A DNA stretch of 63,683 bases, filler included, from Folioceros fuciformis (Eukaryota): the NCBI GenBank assembly GCA_049999805.1. It is 6 parts of 6 records of this genome, joined end to end, with 100 filler letters (N's around TTAATTAATTAA, not from the genome) between each part and the next. Parts side by side here need not be neighbours in the genome. Positions count along the whole stretch, not along the records: positions 62,237 to 63,683 come from JBNGIO010006397.1; 5 more parts are not named here. One strand, given 5' to 3'. This document shows, in pieces, positions 63,018-63,683 of the stretch. Below the pieces are notes generated by a model. The model saw only the letters and a list, made by a program, of their open reading frames with translations. It did not search any database and was not told the DNA's origin. Made by a program: the position numbers and the translations under genes. Numbering within the stretch: position 1 is the first letter of the stretch; every line of letters starts with the position of its first letter.

Positions 63018-63683
63018 GCTGAACAAAAGAAAGGCTTTGAAAGAAAGTATGTGAGGGCAGATGAAGTGAAAGAAGTGAAAGAAGGAGCTTTCCTGACTTG
63101 AGTTGTCAATACCTGGCACACATATATATAGGCCAAAGTCACGTGTTTTGTTCGATGCATGAGGGATACAACTCGAACATGTGTAAACATGTGTCAACTA
63201 ACAAAATGTATGAAAGCTCCCTCATTTTCTTATTCAAAATTTATTCTTTAATTATATTTTCGTATGTATATTGACGTTTCATTATAATGAAATGGTTTTG
63301 TGAACAATCATCTCCCCCCTAGAGGGGAACGTGAACAGAACATCATCCACTATCCCAAGGTAGGGGGATGCGTATGGGTGTTCAACTAGCACTTTCAATT
63401 GGGAATGGTAGTTAGATACGGATTATGTTACAAAAGTTTACTGTTTACTGAAAATGGTAAAGAAAGTGAAGTGTTTAGGCCAAAAAGGTGAGCAACTCAA
63501 GCCAAGCTTGAAAATGTATGGAGTGGAGAAGTGGAGATACTCGACATTGTGAAGGAGAGTTCAGCTCGAATGAAGCAAGAACAGAAGCTCGAATGCAGCA
63601 AGAACAGAACACCAGCACGGGTGTAAGACAATGATAAACCGACATTTTCAGTATCAATTTTCCGGATATCAAAACCTGACCTG

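Overview
Eukaryotic land-plant draft scaffold. Genes are compact with mostly 75-110 nt GT-AG introns, so a bryophyte (hornwort-like) origin is inferred but not proven. There are seven 100-nt assembly gaps, five containing an artificial TTAATTAATTAA linker. Host genes: SYP7-type syntaxin, a PNRC-motif protein with five 61-aa repeats, a Caprin-like/At1g27090-type RGG protein, EXO84, a class I SAM methyltransferase, malectin-like LRR receptor kinase(s) and a beta-expansin. Transposons: a MULE remnant, a 5'-truncated LINE, a nest of at least five Ty1/Copia elements (one complete, with 197-bp LTRs and a CAAAG target-site duplication) and a Ty3/Gypsy gag-pol. Three signals stand out. (1) At 1.3-3.9 kb lies a decayed, intron-containing gene fusing a ParB-like domain to a prokaryote-type beta-class (N6/N4) DNA amino-methyltransferase, with a second paralogous ParB copy just downstream. 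(2) Three different Copia elements each carry an antisense ORF with an N-terminal hydrophobic helix between pol and the 3' LTR. (3) The Gypsy gag and pol are in frame, separated by a single UGA-CGG stop followed by a stem-loop. All calls come from manual reading; no database searches were run.
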